A DNA stretch of 64,000 nucleotides from a virus (taxonomy: Duplodnaviria; Caudoviricetes). The position numbers were made by a program, and so were the translations under genes. The notes beneath the pieces were generated by a model that saw only the letters and a list, made by a program, of their open reading frames with translations, ran no database searches and was not told the origin of the DNA. This document shows, piece after piece, positions 19,046 to 28,237 of the stretch (position 1 is the stretch's first letter; every line of letters begins with the position of its first letter). Location of the stretch: positions 2,011 through 66,010 of IMG/VR virus record IMGVR_UViG_3300022752_005266; one strand, written 5' to 3'.

Positions 19046-21132
19046 CGGTCAGCTCGCAGCGGCACGCGGCCGCGGACGTTGCCGAGACTGGCGGCGCTCT
19101 GGTCGAACGCGAAGGCTGCCAGCTCGACGTGGTTGGGGTAATCCACCTGGATCTCGAAGGCCCAGCTGTTGGCGTTCTCCAGACCGACCGGCACCATGCG
19201 CCAGAAGAGACGTGGCCGATGCGTCTTCGCCTCGCCAAGAATCGCATCGCCCGCGATGTCCGTTACGATTCGGCTACCGTCGTCAACGCCGATCGCGAGA
19301 ACGTCGGTCATCTCGATGACCGGGTCCCAGGAGCCGTTCCGGTAGAACCGGATCGTAAACGTCGTGTTGCTACCGTCGACCATGCCGAGGTACAGCGACC
19401 GCACATGCACCGGCGACATGCCCGTCGCGTCGGCGTAGATCCAGCTCGACCGATAGAACGCCGACCGAGCCGGCGGCTCGAACGCCAACGACTCGTGGTC
19501 GGCGACGAACACATTCTTGTGAATGACAGTAACTGGCCCTTCTTCACCTGCTTCTGTCGTCGTATAGGTACCCGCGAAGAGCACGTACTGCCGGTAGTCG
19601 TCGGTCTGGCAGATGTCCTCGATCGTCATGTCGAGCTCGACGCGCCGCCAGTTCGTGCCGTCGTACGCGAGCATGCGGGTGTTGCGATGCTTCCCGGCCA
19701 GCGGCACCGCGCAGCGATACTCTTGGCTACGCGGCTCGACGACAGCAACGGCCTTGCGGTACCGGGACGGATTCAGGTCCGTCCGCATCATCGAGTGAAT
19801 CGGAACACTGACCTTCGTGATGCGACGGTTCACGTCCATCGTGTAGAACCCGTCGCGCGCCAGCCAGATGAGCTGCCCGCTCGCCAATGCCTTGATGCTT
19901 CGAGGGGCCGCGCAGCCGACGCCTTGCGCCACCGGAGCGGCGACCTCGAAGTTGCTGATGTCGTACACCGCGTTCTCGGTGAACGCGAACAAGTAGCCCG
20001 CGTGCGAGGCCACCGCCGTGACCTCGGCACCGCCGGTGTCGGGGTAGATGTACTCGTCGGCCGGCAGCGTGCCCGGGAAGCCCGGAGAGCTCCGCCGAAC
20101 GATGCCCGGGTCGGCCGGCGTGTTCGCGATGATGAGGCAGCCCTGGTGCGCGCACATCGTGCGGAACGTCGGCATCGCGACTGTCGGCTCCAGCGGCCGA
20201 CCCAGGTCGGCGTCAGAGCGACGGTCGCCGAAGACGGAAAGATCGCGGCCCGGCAGCCGCACCAGAAACCGGTGAATCGTGCTCGCGCGCCGCGTATCCG
20301 GAGTGCGATACACATGCGTTGCCACGGTGTGGTCCGGGCCGATCCCCGTAAGCCGAAGAAGAAACTGCCGCGTCAGATCATCGATCGTCGCGCCGGTCTG
20401 GTCGTCTCCGTCGTTGATCACGATCGGATCCGCCTGAATCGTACGAATCGACACAACCATCGACGTCGGAGACGGCGCCGACAGGTTGCCGTAGATGTCT
20501 TCGTACTGAACGACGTAGGACCACGCGCCGTCGAGAATCGCGCCCGACGTACCATTGAGCACGTCGCCCGGCGTACCGATGTCACCTCGCCACGAGTAGC
20601 CCGCCGCGTTCGGGTAGAAGTGCTGCTTGTCGAGGTACTGAGCAGGCCCGTACACCGAAGGCGCGCTCGGAGTCTGCGAGAACCCGAGCGGATGAACCGC
20701 GCCGTGGGCGTCGATGACGAGCGGAATGTCGATGCCGTTCGTCCAGATGATCTTGTCGTTCAAGACGAGGAACTGGTCGGGGTAGGTCGGGCGCGTATCC
20801 GACGTCAACCCGCTGTAGATCTCCTCCCAGTTCCTCGCCCAGCCCGCGTGCCGGTAGAGCTTCGTCCCCGACCGGACGAGCAGCACGTCCGCCGTACCAC
20901 CCATCAGCGACGCGTGGAAGATGCCGTGCATCTCCCCGAAGACCGAAGCGGGGTCGAATGGGCCCCGCTTCGGCTCATAGATGGTGGGCCCCTCCACCGT
21001 CGCCAACGTGTTGTCCAGCGACGCCTCGAAGTTGACGATCTTCTGTGCCAGCTGACCCGGCGCATAGTTCGTCTGCATCTCCCCCGGAGGGATGATGAAC
21101 TGCTTCATCTGCTGGTTATCGGGGCCCGCCAT
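19042..21132 (-). CDS. tail tubular/nozzle (head-stabilisation) protein
   Basis: 696 aa with propeller-like repeats ('GVGCAAPRSI', 'LIWLARDGFY'); size and position match podovirus nozzle proteins. Confidence 0.65.
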   Translation of the reverse strand: MAGPDNQQMKQFIIPPGEMQTNYAPGQLAQKIVNFEASLDNTLATVEGPTIYEPKRGPFDPASVFGEMHGIFHASLMGGTADVLLVRSGTKLYRHAGWARNWEEIYSGLTSDTRPTYPDQFLVLNDKIIWTNGIDIPLVIDAHGAVHPLGFSQTPSAPSVYGPAQYLDKQHFYPNAAGYSWRGDIGTPGDVLNGTSGAILDGAWSYVVQYEDIYGNLSAPSPTSMVVSIRTIQADPIVINDGDDQTGATIDDLTRQFLLRLTGIGPDHTVATHVYRTPDTRRASTIHRFLVRLPGRDLSVFGDRRSDADLGRPLEPTVAMPTFRTMCAHQGCLIIANTPADPGIVRRSSPGFPGTLPADEYIYPDTGGAEVTAVASHAGYLFAFTENAVYDISNFEVAAPVAQGVGCAAPRSIKALASGQLIWLARDGFYTMDVNRRITKVSVPIHSMMRTDLNPSRYRKAVAVVEPRSQEYRCAVPLAGKHRNTRMLAYDGTNWRRVELDMTIEDICQTDDYRQYVLFAGTYTTTEAGEEGPVTVIHKNVFVADHESLAFEPPARSAFYRSSWIYADATGMSPVHVRSLYLGMVDGSNTTFTIRFYRNGSWDPVIEMTDVLAIGVDDGSRIVTDIAGDAILGEAKTHRPRLFWRMVPVGLENANSWAFEIQVDYPNHVELAAFAFDQSAASLGNVRGRVPLRADR

Positions 21133-21135
21133 GCG

Positions 21136-21588
21136 CTACACCTGGGGAGTGGGCAACGTAACCGTCGGCAGCTTCGTCGCGGCGCGCTTCCGGGTCATCG
21201 CGTTGGTGATGTCGGCAGCGTCGGCGACAAGGAACTCGTCCTTGTGCTCGGGCGCCTTGGCAGCGGCAGCGGCAGCCGCCTTCGCCGCCGCGGCGGCGCG
21301 CTCCTCTTCGAGCTTGGCCTTCTCCTCGGGGGAATACCAGTTCGCGTTCACCTCATCGAAGATGTAGGTGGCGGGGCGCCAGTCGTGGATGTTGCGGTGC
21401 TCGCGGTCGCAGCCGACGAACTCGATGCCGTTCTTGGTCATGAGCGTCGCCTGCCAGAGCGCCGTGCCGCCGGGCCGGGTGCTGTACTGGATCGACAGCA
21501 CCATCGACTCCTCTTCAGAGCCGTTGAGGTTGCGTCGAACGAAGATGTCGCCGAGCTGCGGGCGGGGGAACGCGGTGGTCAGTGCCAT
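21136..21588 (-). CDS. hypothetical protein
   Basis: GAGGAG RBS before the ATG at 21588 (MALTTAF). Confidence 0.6.
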   Translation of the reverse strand: MALTTAFPRPQLGDIFVRRNLNGSEEESMVLSIQYSTRPGGTALWQATLMTKNGIEFVGCDREHRNIHDWRPATYIFDEVNANWYSPEEKAKLEEERAAAAAKAAAAAAAKAPEHKDEFLVADAADITNAMTRKRAATKLPTVTLPTPQV

Positions 21589-21629
21589 GATAGACTCCTC
21601 GGGTTGCCATGTAGGTATAACACGAGAAG

Positions 21630-23120
21630 TCAGATCGTGTTGCGGTAGCGCCCGTAGCGGAAGCGGATCTGGTAGCCGGTGATGGAGACAGGCTCGACGA
21701 CCCCGCCCGGATTCGCGTAGCGCTTCCGGAAGTGTCGACAGAGCTCGTTGTAGCGAGCCGCGTGCTGATTCGCACCGGTCTGGTCCGCGCCGTCCATCAA
21801 GCACATGTAGTGCAGGCAGAGCTCGATGTACGCCAGCACGGCGTCCCGCTGAATCGGAACGGTGTCCTGGTCATCCTTGAGCGCCTTCGGCAGCCGCTGC
21901 ACGCGCAGGTCCAGCTCGTAGCGCTGGTCCTGGTGCGGATAGACCTTGTAGGCGAAGTAGCCCGTGCTGTGCTTCAGCTCGCGCTGGTAGTCGGGGATGG
22001 TCGAGCCATCCCAGATGTACGTGCCGGCCGTCGGCTCGACTTCATCGAGAAGGTAGTACTTCCCGTTCGTCTCGACACGATCGAACCCGGCGCCGTAGGG
22101 GGTCGCCGTACGCACCGCGGTCCGCGCCACGTAGATACGCAGCCGCATGCCGCTGCGGCTGTAACGCAGCGTCGAGGGCTCGCCGAAGTCCATCATGGCG
22201 TCGATGTTCGTGCCCGTGATGAGGATGGCGCGGCCCGGGTCAGCGGCGTGGTTGATCGAGGCGCTGATCGGCGACGGTGCGCTCTCCCAGAGCGGATCGC
22301 GAATCCCGCCCGGCGCCGACTGCCACTCCAGGTCGCGACGCCCCCACACGTAGGTGTAGACGAACGTGAACGTGCCTTCCCATTCCGGGCCGAGCCAGGG
22401 GTAGTCTTTCTCGTCGAGCTCGACCGTCGGCGCCGTCGTCGGGGCCGGAATCTGGAACTGGCGGCTGCGCCACATGCGGAACGGGCGGCCCATGTCGTTG
22501 CCGCGGAAGTCCGTCATGTCCTGCCGATACGCACCGCCGGTGTCGATCGCCCAGATCTGCTGCCGCGTTTCGTCAAAGATTCTTGCCGGTTCCAGCACAC
22601 GAGTTACGTCGTCAGTGACGAAGAACTCTGGCTGGTGCATCCGGAACTCGAAGATGGTTCCTGCGGGGGACACGACGTCCCATGGCCGGTCGATGCTGAC
22701 GTAGTACTCCAGCACGCCGCCGGTGAGCTGGGACCAGAACTCGCGCGACTGGCGCCGGTGAAGCTGGCCAGTGGCGTCTACGATCTCGAAGTGCATCAGC
22801 CCGTCGTAGGTACCCGTGATGTCGGGGAGCCACAGCGCACCCGTCGTGAGGGGCAGGCCGTTCTCGGTGACGAACTTGAACACCTTGGGGTCGGGCATCG
22901 GAGCCAGTCGCGCCTTGACGTCGGCGTCCGTGCCCACGATGTCCTTGTAGAGGACGACGTGTTCGTCGTCGGGGACAACAGCTTCGGGGACGTCGCCCGA
23001 GATGCGGTCCAGCGCAGCATTCATCGCCTGCCGGACGCGCGTATCGAGCGACGACCCCGTGCTGTCCCAGGCCCGAAAGTCAAAGAGGCGAGCACGGAGT
23101 GCACCGAGAGATGTATCCAT
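21630..23120 (-). CDS. putative head-tail adaptor / tail tubular protein A-like
   Basis: 496 aa, AGGAGG RBS. N-terminal 'LGALRARL...AMNAALDRI' and C-terminal 'LKDDQDTVPI' patterns fit adaptor proteins; follows the capsid genes. Confidence 0.55.
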   Translation of the reverse strand: MDTSLGALRARLFDFRAWDSTGSSLDTRVRQAMNAALDRISGDVPEAVVPDDEHVVLYKDIVGTDADVKARLAPMPDPKVFKFVTENGLPLTTGALWLPDITGTYDGLMHFEIVDATGQLHRRQSREFWSQLTGGVLEYYVSIDRPWDVVSPAGTIFEFRMHQPEFFVTDDVTRVLEPARIFDETRQQIWAIDTGGAYRQDMTDFRGNDMGRPFRMWRSRQFQIPAPTTAPTVELDEKDYPWLGPEWEGTFTFVYTYVWGRRDLEWQSAPGGIRDPLWESAPSPISASINHAADPGRAILITGTNIDAMMDFGEPSTLRYSRSGMRLRIYVARTAVRTATPYGAGFDRVETNGKYYLLDEVEPTAGTYIWDGSTIPDYQRELKHSTGYFAYKVYPHQDQRYELDLRVQRLPKALKDDQDTVPIQRDAVLAYIELCLHYMCLMDGADQTGANQHAARYNELCRHFRKRYANPGGVVEPVSITGYQIRFRYGRYRNTI

Positions 23121-23156
23121 GCTCGCCTCCTATCCGTTCAGACCGAGGTTGCTACG

Positions 23157-23696
23157 TTATCGGACGTTCACGTAGCAGGTCGCGAGCGCCGCGGCGGCCG
23201 CGGACGTGTGGGCGTAGCCGATGGTCGTGTCGAACTTCTGCGCCGCGCCGAGCACCGAGTTGTCCATCGCGGCGCCGGCCGTGACGGTGTCCACCACGAT
23301 GGAGACGTCCTGCGTGATGGCGCCGGCACCGGCAAGAACCGAGCCGATGCCCTTCTTCAGAACCCAGCCGTAGGGACCGGAGGTGACCACACCCGAGGAG
23401 GTGGTGGTCGTGGTGCCGGGGATGACGTGCTGCGCGAAGCCGACGACCTTCACCGAGGGGGTAGCCGCGGCGACCGTCTTGATCGTGGTGCCGAGCGAGG
23501 TGGTGGCGAGCTTGGCGCCGAGCACCTGACCGGCGACGTAGTCCGCGCCGGTGCTGTTGTACACGAACACCCACACCTGATCGCCGACACCCGACTGAGC
23601 GCCGAGCACGAGGCGCTCGGTGCCGAGGGGGTAGACAGCGGAGCCGTAGGTAACGGTGATGTCATCACCAAAGACCTGATTGTTCGCGAAAGACAT
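23157..23696 (-). CDS. capsid cement/decoration protein
   Basis: 179 aa directly after the MCP; AAGGAGA RBS; strong codon bias; 'YPLGT...WVFVY...YGWV'. Confidence 0.6.
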   Translation of the reverse strand: MSFANNQVFGDDITVTYGSAVYPLGTERLVLGAQSGVGDQVWVFVYNSTGADYVAGQVLGAKLATTSLGTTIKTVAAATPSVKVVGFAQHVIPGTTTTTSSGVVTSGPYGWVLKKGIGSVLAGAGAITQDVSIVVDTVTAGAAMDNSVLGAAQKFDTTIGYAHTSAAAAALATCYVNVR

Positions 23697-23738
23697 GGGA
23701 GAATCTCCTTATCTGTGGAAGTTGAGTACCGACTACCC

Positions 23739-24791
23739 TTAGAGGGCGCCGCCGGAGACGCAGCCCTGGGCCGGGGTCTTCGTGCAGATGAGGTTGCCCT
23801 GCATCGAGAAGATCGCGGTCACGACGTCCTGGTCACCGACGCGCTCGGTGAACGGGGTGATGGACGGGGCCTCCATGAGGGGCATCTCAAGGAAGTCGGT
23901 GTTGAGGATGTAGGTGGCGCCGGTGGTGGCCGGAGCCGCGAGCATATCGGCCCGGTTGAGGTCGATGGAGCTGTACACCTTCGCCACGCCGAGGTCGAGG
24001 CCGAGCATGTTGCTCTTCTCGGTCTTGTCCTCAACCAGCGTCACGCGGACGAGGGAGAGGCGGGAGTCCTCGAAGTTGGTGTAGGTGTCGTCGTCCATGA
24101 CCACGAGGTCGGGGCCCTTGCCCATGCCGCCCGCGTAGTGCGCGCACTGACGGTAGGTCTTCCGGAGGGTCGGCAGACCGTCGGTGGCCCAGGCAGTGAT
24201 GCCGTTGTACTGGTTGAAGTGCGAGTAGCTGGTGCTCTTCGCCACGTCCTGGGTGACCTGGGTCTGAGAGGTGGTCGCCTGGAACTCCAGGAGGCCGTTG
24301 GTCACGCCCGTGCCGGAGCCGGAGGTGAAGTTACCGTTCAGGCTCAGGAAGCCGGCGAGGTCAGCGGTCTGGAACACGAGGCTACGGGAGGAGCCGGTGA
24401 GGAGGAACTTGTTCAGGTCCGCCTTGGCGCCTTCGAGGGTGGTCTGGGGGTACTCCTCGATGAGCCGGATCACAGCGAGCTTGCCGCTGTTGAAGAGGAG
24501 CTCCTTCTTGGGGATGTTGATCGCCGCGACGATGCGGTGCGGCTCCACGCGGTACCGCTTGGTCTGCTGACGGCGGGTCATGTTGAGGAGCTCGTCGCCG
24601 ACGAACACGCCAACGCCGCGGGCGGGGGCGCCACCGGCGAAGGAGCGCTCGATGATCGAGCCGCCCTCAGAGGGCATACGCGCCTTGCTCATGAGCGCGT
24701 CGAGGAGCTCGTTGGAGCGGATGAAGGAGTTGATGAGGGGGCCGCGGAGGTCCGCGAACGTGGTGTTCAGGATTTCGGTAGAGATCGCCAT
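23739..24791 (-). CDS. major capsid protein
   Basis: 350 aa with strong codon bias; 'KELLFNSGKLAVIRLIE', 'PDLVVMDDDTY' and 'GNLICT' match a widespread HK97-fold MCP family; has its own promoter. Confidence 0.8.
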   Translation of the reverse strand: MAISTEILNTTFADLRGPLINSFIRSNELLDALMSKARMPSEGGSIIERSFAGGAPARGVGVFVGDELLNMTRRQQTKRYRVEPHRIVAAINIPKKELLFNSGKLAVIRLIEEYPQTTLEGAKADLNKFLLTGSSRSLVFQTADLAGFLSLNGNFTSGSGTGVTNGLLEFQATTSQTQVTQDVAKSTSYSHFNQYNGITAWATDGLPTLRKTYRQCAHYAGGMGKGPDLVVMDDDTYTNFEDSRLSLVRVTLVEDKTEKSNMLGLDLGVAKVYSSIDLNRADMLAAPATTGATYILNTDFLEMPLMEAPSITPFTERVGDQDVVTAIFSMQGNLICTKTPAQGCVSGGAL

Positions 24792-24943
24792 TGGAAACTC
24801 CATAGCCGGCAAGGCAGACGCGCAAGCGACTCCGACCGGCCGGGTCGAAGGAACAGTTGAAGTTCTGGGAGCTGCGCCTGCCCGCTCACTGTGGCTACGG
24901 ACCCTGACGGGCTACCCGAACCGACACCGAGGGGTGCATGACA

Positions 24944-24972
24944 AGAATACCGCTATGGGTATTCTCGTGCAA
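24944..24972 (-). promoter_or_regulatory. sigma70-type capsid promoter overlapped by a palindrome
   Basis: TTGCAC-17-TATTCT on the minus strand; inverted repeat AGAATACC-N6-GGTATTCT at 24944-24965. Confidence 0.65.
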
Positions 24973-25027
24973 GGGGTTGCAGAAGATTTATTTCACGTTA
25001 GGGGAACGGGGTGAGCGGGTCTGCTTG

Positions 25028-25453
25028 CTAACGGTCCGCGCCTTCGTGCAAGCCGTGGCGTGCGAACTGCTCTCCCTTCTGCGACGCCTCGCGCTTCTTT
25101 CGGGTCGCCGCTGCGAGCTTCGCCATGCCGCTGGAGGACGAGCGGAGCTTCTCGATGGCGCGCTTCGGTGCGTAGACCTCGCCGGTGGCCTTCGGCCCCT
25201 GCACGCTGGGCTTGCCGGATGGCGTCGTCCACTTCTGCTTCGTCCAGCGCTTGAGACTCTTCTGCGCGCTGGAGGGGCTGGACTTGTACTTGCCGCCGGC
25301 CTTCTTGTATTCCTGGGCGACCATCTGCGCCTTGCGGGCAGACCACTGGCCGGGCTTGCCGCCTTTGCCGCCCGCAAGGACGCGCTTCTTGATGCGCTCG
25401 CGGAGCTCGGGGTTGCTGTAGACCTGCTTCAGCGCACCACGACGATCCATCAC
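25028..25453 (-). CDS. DUF5872-like basic protein
   Basis: 'GGKPGQWSARKAQ...YKKAGG.Y...QKSLKRWTKQKW' signature. Confidence 0.75.
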   Translation of the reverse strand: MMDRRGALKQVYSNPELRERIKKRVLAGGKGGKPGQWSARKAQMVAQEYKKAGGKYKSSPSSAQKSLKRWTKQKWTTPSGKPSVQGPKATGEVYAPKRAIEKLRSSSSGMAKLAAATRKKREASQKGEQFARHGLHEGADR

Positions 25454-25836
25454 TTCCCTCGCTTGTCGGCCGCCTCCATCTGGCGGACCACCTTGTTCGC
25501 CCAGGCACGACCCGCGGCACCGCCCCAGAGGAGGCCCGCGACGTAGCCCTTGTCTTCCTTCGGGCTCTTGCCGGCGTCGAGCTGATAGTCGCTGGCGTGG
25601 CGGTCGAAGTACGCCTTCATCCGCTTCACGGTCGACGGGCTCATCGTCGCACCGGCCTTCAGGTCAGACGCGCGCTGCACGCCAGAGCCGATGCCCTGCG
25701 CTGAGGCCTGCTTCACGTCGAGGCCCGCTTTCTGGGACTTCGACTGCTGACGGCGCAGGAGCAGCCCGCGCGCCGCTGCGGCAGACACGGAGCTGGGCGG
25801 CTTGAACGAAATGTGGCCATACTTTCCCTCAGCCAC
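25450..25836 (-). CDS. conserved phage hypothetical protein
   Basis: 'TVKRMKAYFDRH...LLWGGAAGRAWA' motif recurrent in phage head regions. Confidence 0.7.
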   Translation of the reverse strand: MAEGKYGHISFKPPSSVSAAAARGLLLRRQQSKSQKAGLDVKQASAQGIGSGVQRASDLKAGATMSPSTVKRMKAYFDRHASDYQLDAGKSPKEDKGYVAGLLWGGAAGRAWANKVVRQMEAADKRGK

Positions 25837-25957
25837 GAGCGGCCTTCTTCATGCGATTGAGCACGAGCTGCTTGATCATCTCGCGGCGCGCGCCGGAGGG
25901 TTCCTTCGCCGCCTTCAGATCGGGGCGCGTCGTGTTCTGAACGTCGGTGCCAATCAT
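25829..25957 (-). CDS. small basic protein (42 aa)
   Basis: MIGTDVQN...KKAARG fills the gap, with overlapping start/stop codons on both sides. Confidence 0.45.
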   Translation of the reverse strand: MIGTDVQNTTRPDLKAAKEPSGARREMIKQLVLNRMKKAARG

Positions 25958-26313
25958 CGCTGCCCCTTGTTCTGCATGACGAGACTTCGCAAAGCGTCTC
26001 GCCGATTCGGCGAGCTCAGCAACGAAGACTGGTCCAGCAGCGAAGGCGTAGAAGTTGAAGACGAGGCGGGCGCTCCTGTGCTCTGCGGCGAAAAGACTGC
26101 CGGCGCGATAGCGCGTGGCGCAGACGACGAGCCCCGAGACGTAGGTAGCGTCGTCGGTCGACCCGCGGCTGCCTGCTTCGCGAGGTAGGCGGTCATCGCC
26201 GCCTTATTTCGCTGCTCAGAAGCCAGCATATTCTGATACGACTTGTCGAACTTCGCCTCCTCGGCTGACGTGTCGCTCAAGCCAAAAGGGTCGTTCTTCG
26301 GATCGATCGGCAT
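25954..26313 (-). CDS. hypothetical protein
   Basis: Probable start MPIDPKND directly after the upstream stop. Confidence 0.55.
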   Translation of the reverse strand: MPIDPKNDPFGLSDTSAEEAKFDKSYQNMLASEQRNKAAMTAYLAKQAAAGRPTTLPTSRGSSSAPRAIAPAVFSPQSTGAPASSSTSTPSLLDQSSLLSSPNRRDALRSLVMQNKGQR

Positions 26314-26315
26314 GG

Positions 26316-26534
26316 CTACTTCTTCATCTCGCCGAGGGTGCGGGCGAGCACGACCTGCTTCAGCAGCGTGCGCTTTGCCGAAGAGAGCTTCTTGTCTCCC
26401 TCCGCTTCCTTCTTGAGCTGGGCTTCCTTGGCAGCGAGCTTCTCCTTCGGGATCGTCTCGCCTTCCTTCACGCCCATCTTCTCGCGAAGAGCGCCGGGCT
26501 TCTTGATCGCGCCCTGAATCCACTTCTCGGCCAT
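26316..26534 (-). CDS. small Lys-rich phage protein
   Basis: GGAGG RBS; 'KWIQGAIKKPGALR...LARTL' is a recurrent phage motif. Confidence 0.7.
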   Translation of the reverse strand: MAEKWIQGAIKKPGALREKMGVKEGETIPKEKLAAKEAQLKKEAEGDKKLSSAKRTLLKQVVLARTLGEMKK

Positions 26535-26584
26535 GTCGCCCTCCGCCCCATACCGTGTTAGCATAGCTGCAGGAGCAGTCTACC

Positions 26585-28237
26585 GTGAGTGCGCCGTCAA
26601 GTCTACCAGGAGGCGCGAAGATCGCGCAGGTACCGGGCCTTCACATGGGCAAGGTGCAGGCGCTCTTCAGTACGCCGTGGGCGTTCGTCTCGATGTGCCA
26701 GATCGTCCGTGAAGACGAGAGCATCGGCTACCTCGAACCGACGAACATCCAGATGAAGTTCTTGCAGGCCTGCGCGGACCATCGCTGGGTGCTCTGCGAC
26801 AAGTTCCGGCAGGCCAAGATCACCACGCCGTCCGTCATGTTGCTCCTGCGGGACTGCATGTACTTGGAAGGCGTGAAGGGTGTCCTCATCGCCGAGCGCC
26901 AAGATACGGCAGAAGACATCTTCGAGCGCATCCTCTTCGCCTACAAGCACCTGCCGGAGGACGTGAAGGTGCCGGTCGAGTCGGGCCGCAAGCCGGGCAC
27001 GACCCAGATTCACTTCATCCACGGTGGCGGCATCAAGGTGCTGACGGCAGGCGGGCGTTCCCCCGCCGTCGGCCGCTCCATCGACCGTCTGCTCATCACC
27101 GAGTTCGGTGAGGCGCAGTGGCAGCGGAAGGCGGCCGCCAACATCTTCCCCGCGGTGAACAAGCGCCAGAACGCGCGCGTCATCTTGGAGTCGACGCCGG
27201 GTTCGGCGGGTAGCCACCACGAGACGATGTGGCACAACGCGCTGGAGGGCAAGGGCCGCTTTCACCCCGTGTTCCTGGAGTGGTGGCTCGACCCGAGCTG
27301 TCGTTCCGACCCGGCCGGGTTGAAGCCCACCGACGTCGAGATCGAGTACATGAAGCGCCATCCTGGGATGGACCTTCACAACCTCGCGTTCCGTCGGCTG
27401 TCGCTCCAGACCGAGATGGGCAACGACGAGCGACTCTTCACATCGAAGTACCCGAGCGACCCGTACGACGGCTGGCTCGGAAGCGGCTCGCCGGTCATGC
27501 CGATCGATGTGCTGAAGACGTCGCTGCTCACGGCAATCGTGCCGCCGGAGCCGATGCCGAAGGGCGCGAGCCTGCTGGAGAAGCCGATCAAGGGTCGGCC
27601 CTACCTCGTCTGCGCCGACCCGGCGGGCTTCGGCAGCGTCGGCGACAACAGCGCCGTGACGGTGTGGGACACCATCGACCGCCGCGAGGTCGCGGTCTGG
27701 GAAGGCCGCGAGGACCCAGGTCGGTTCTCGGAGCGGCTGCTCAACCTCCAGCGGTATTACAACCAAGCCCTGCTGGCGGTCGAGTCGAACGCCGCGGCGT
27801 GTATCGCCATGCTGAAGGACAAGGGCGCGCGCAACCTGCTCTGGACGGACCGCAACCATCCGGGCTGGTACGCGACCGAGAAGCGCGTTCAGGAAGGCGA
27901 GGCGCGCCTCGTTCGCATGCTGCGGGACGAAGAACTGACCATCCGGTCGAAACCGCTTCTCCATCAGCTCATCAACTACGACGGCGACCGCACGAAACGC
28001 TCCGCGAACAAGGACGGGACGACGCACCACTTTGACTTGGCGCGCACCGCCGTCATGGCCGCGGACATCTTGAGCCGTCGTCGATTCACCTCGGACGAGG
28101 CGCCGATGCAGCAAACGCAGGATTTCCCGTCTTCGGACGGGCCCCGCGTTACGATTGCTGACCTCGACCGCTTCAAGCACAATGAGCGCGCAGCGGCGCG
28201 GAATCCTTTCAAGCCGATCGCTCGGGAGTGGACATGA
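26585..28237 (+). CDS. terL: terminase large subunit
   Basis: ATPase motifs 'KFRQAKITT', 'LLITE' and 'ILESTP'; RNase H-like nuclease 'CADPAG...GDNS', 'VESN', 'HFDLARTAVMA'. Confidence 0.9.
   Translation: MSAPSSLPGGAKIAQVPGLHMGKVQALFSTPWAFVSMCQIVREDESIGYLEPTNIQMKFLQACADHRWVLCDKFRQAKITTPSVMLLLRDCMYLEGVKGVLIAERQDTAEDIFERILFAYKHLPEDVKVPVESGRKPGTTQIHFIHGGGIKVLTAGGRSPAVGRSIDRLLITEFGEAQWQRKAAANIFPAVNKRQNARVILESTPGSAGSHHETMWHNALEGKGRFHPVFLEWWLDPSCRSDPAGLKPTDVEIEYMKRHPGMDLHNLAFRRLSLQTEMGNDERLFTSKYPSDPYDGWLGSGSPVMPIDVLKTSLLTAIVPPEPMPKGASLLEKPIKGRPYLVCADPAGFGSVGDNSAVTVWDTIDRREVAVWEGREDPGRFSERLLNLQRYYNQALLAVESNAAACIAMLKDKGARNLLWTDRNHPGWYATEKRVQEGEARLVRMLRDEELTIRSKPLLHQLINYDGDRTKRSANKDGTTHHFDLARTAVMAADILSRRRFTSDEAPMQQTQDFPSSDGPRVTIADLDRFKHNERAAARNPFKPIAREWT

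Noticed and set aside
272-24791. Diversity-generating retroelement acting on tail fibres
   Set aside because: No reverse transcriptase and no template/variable repeat pair were seen.
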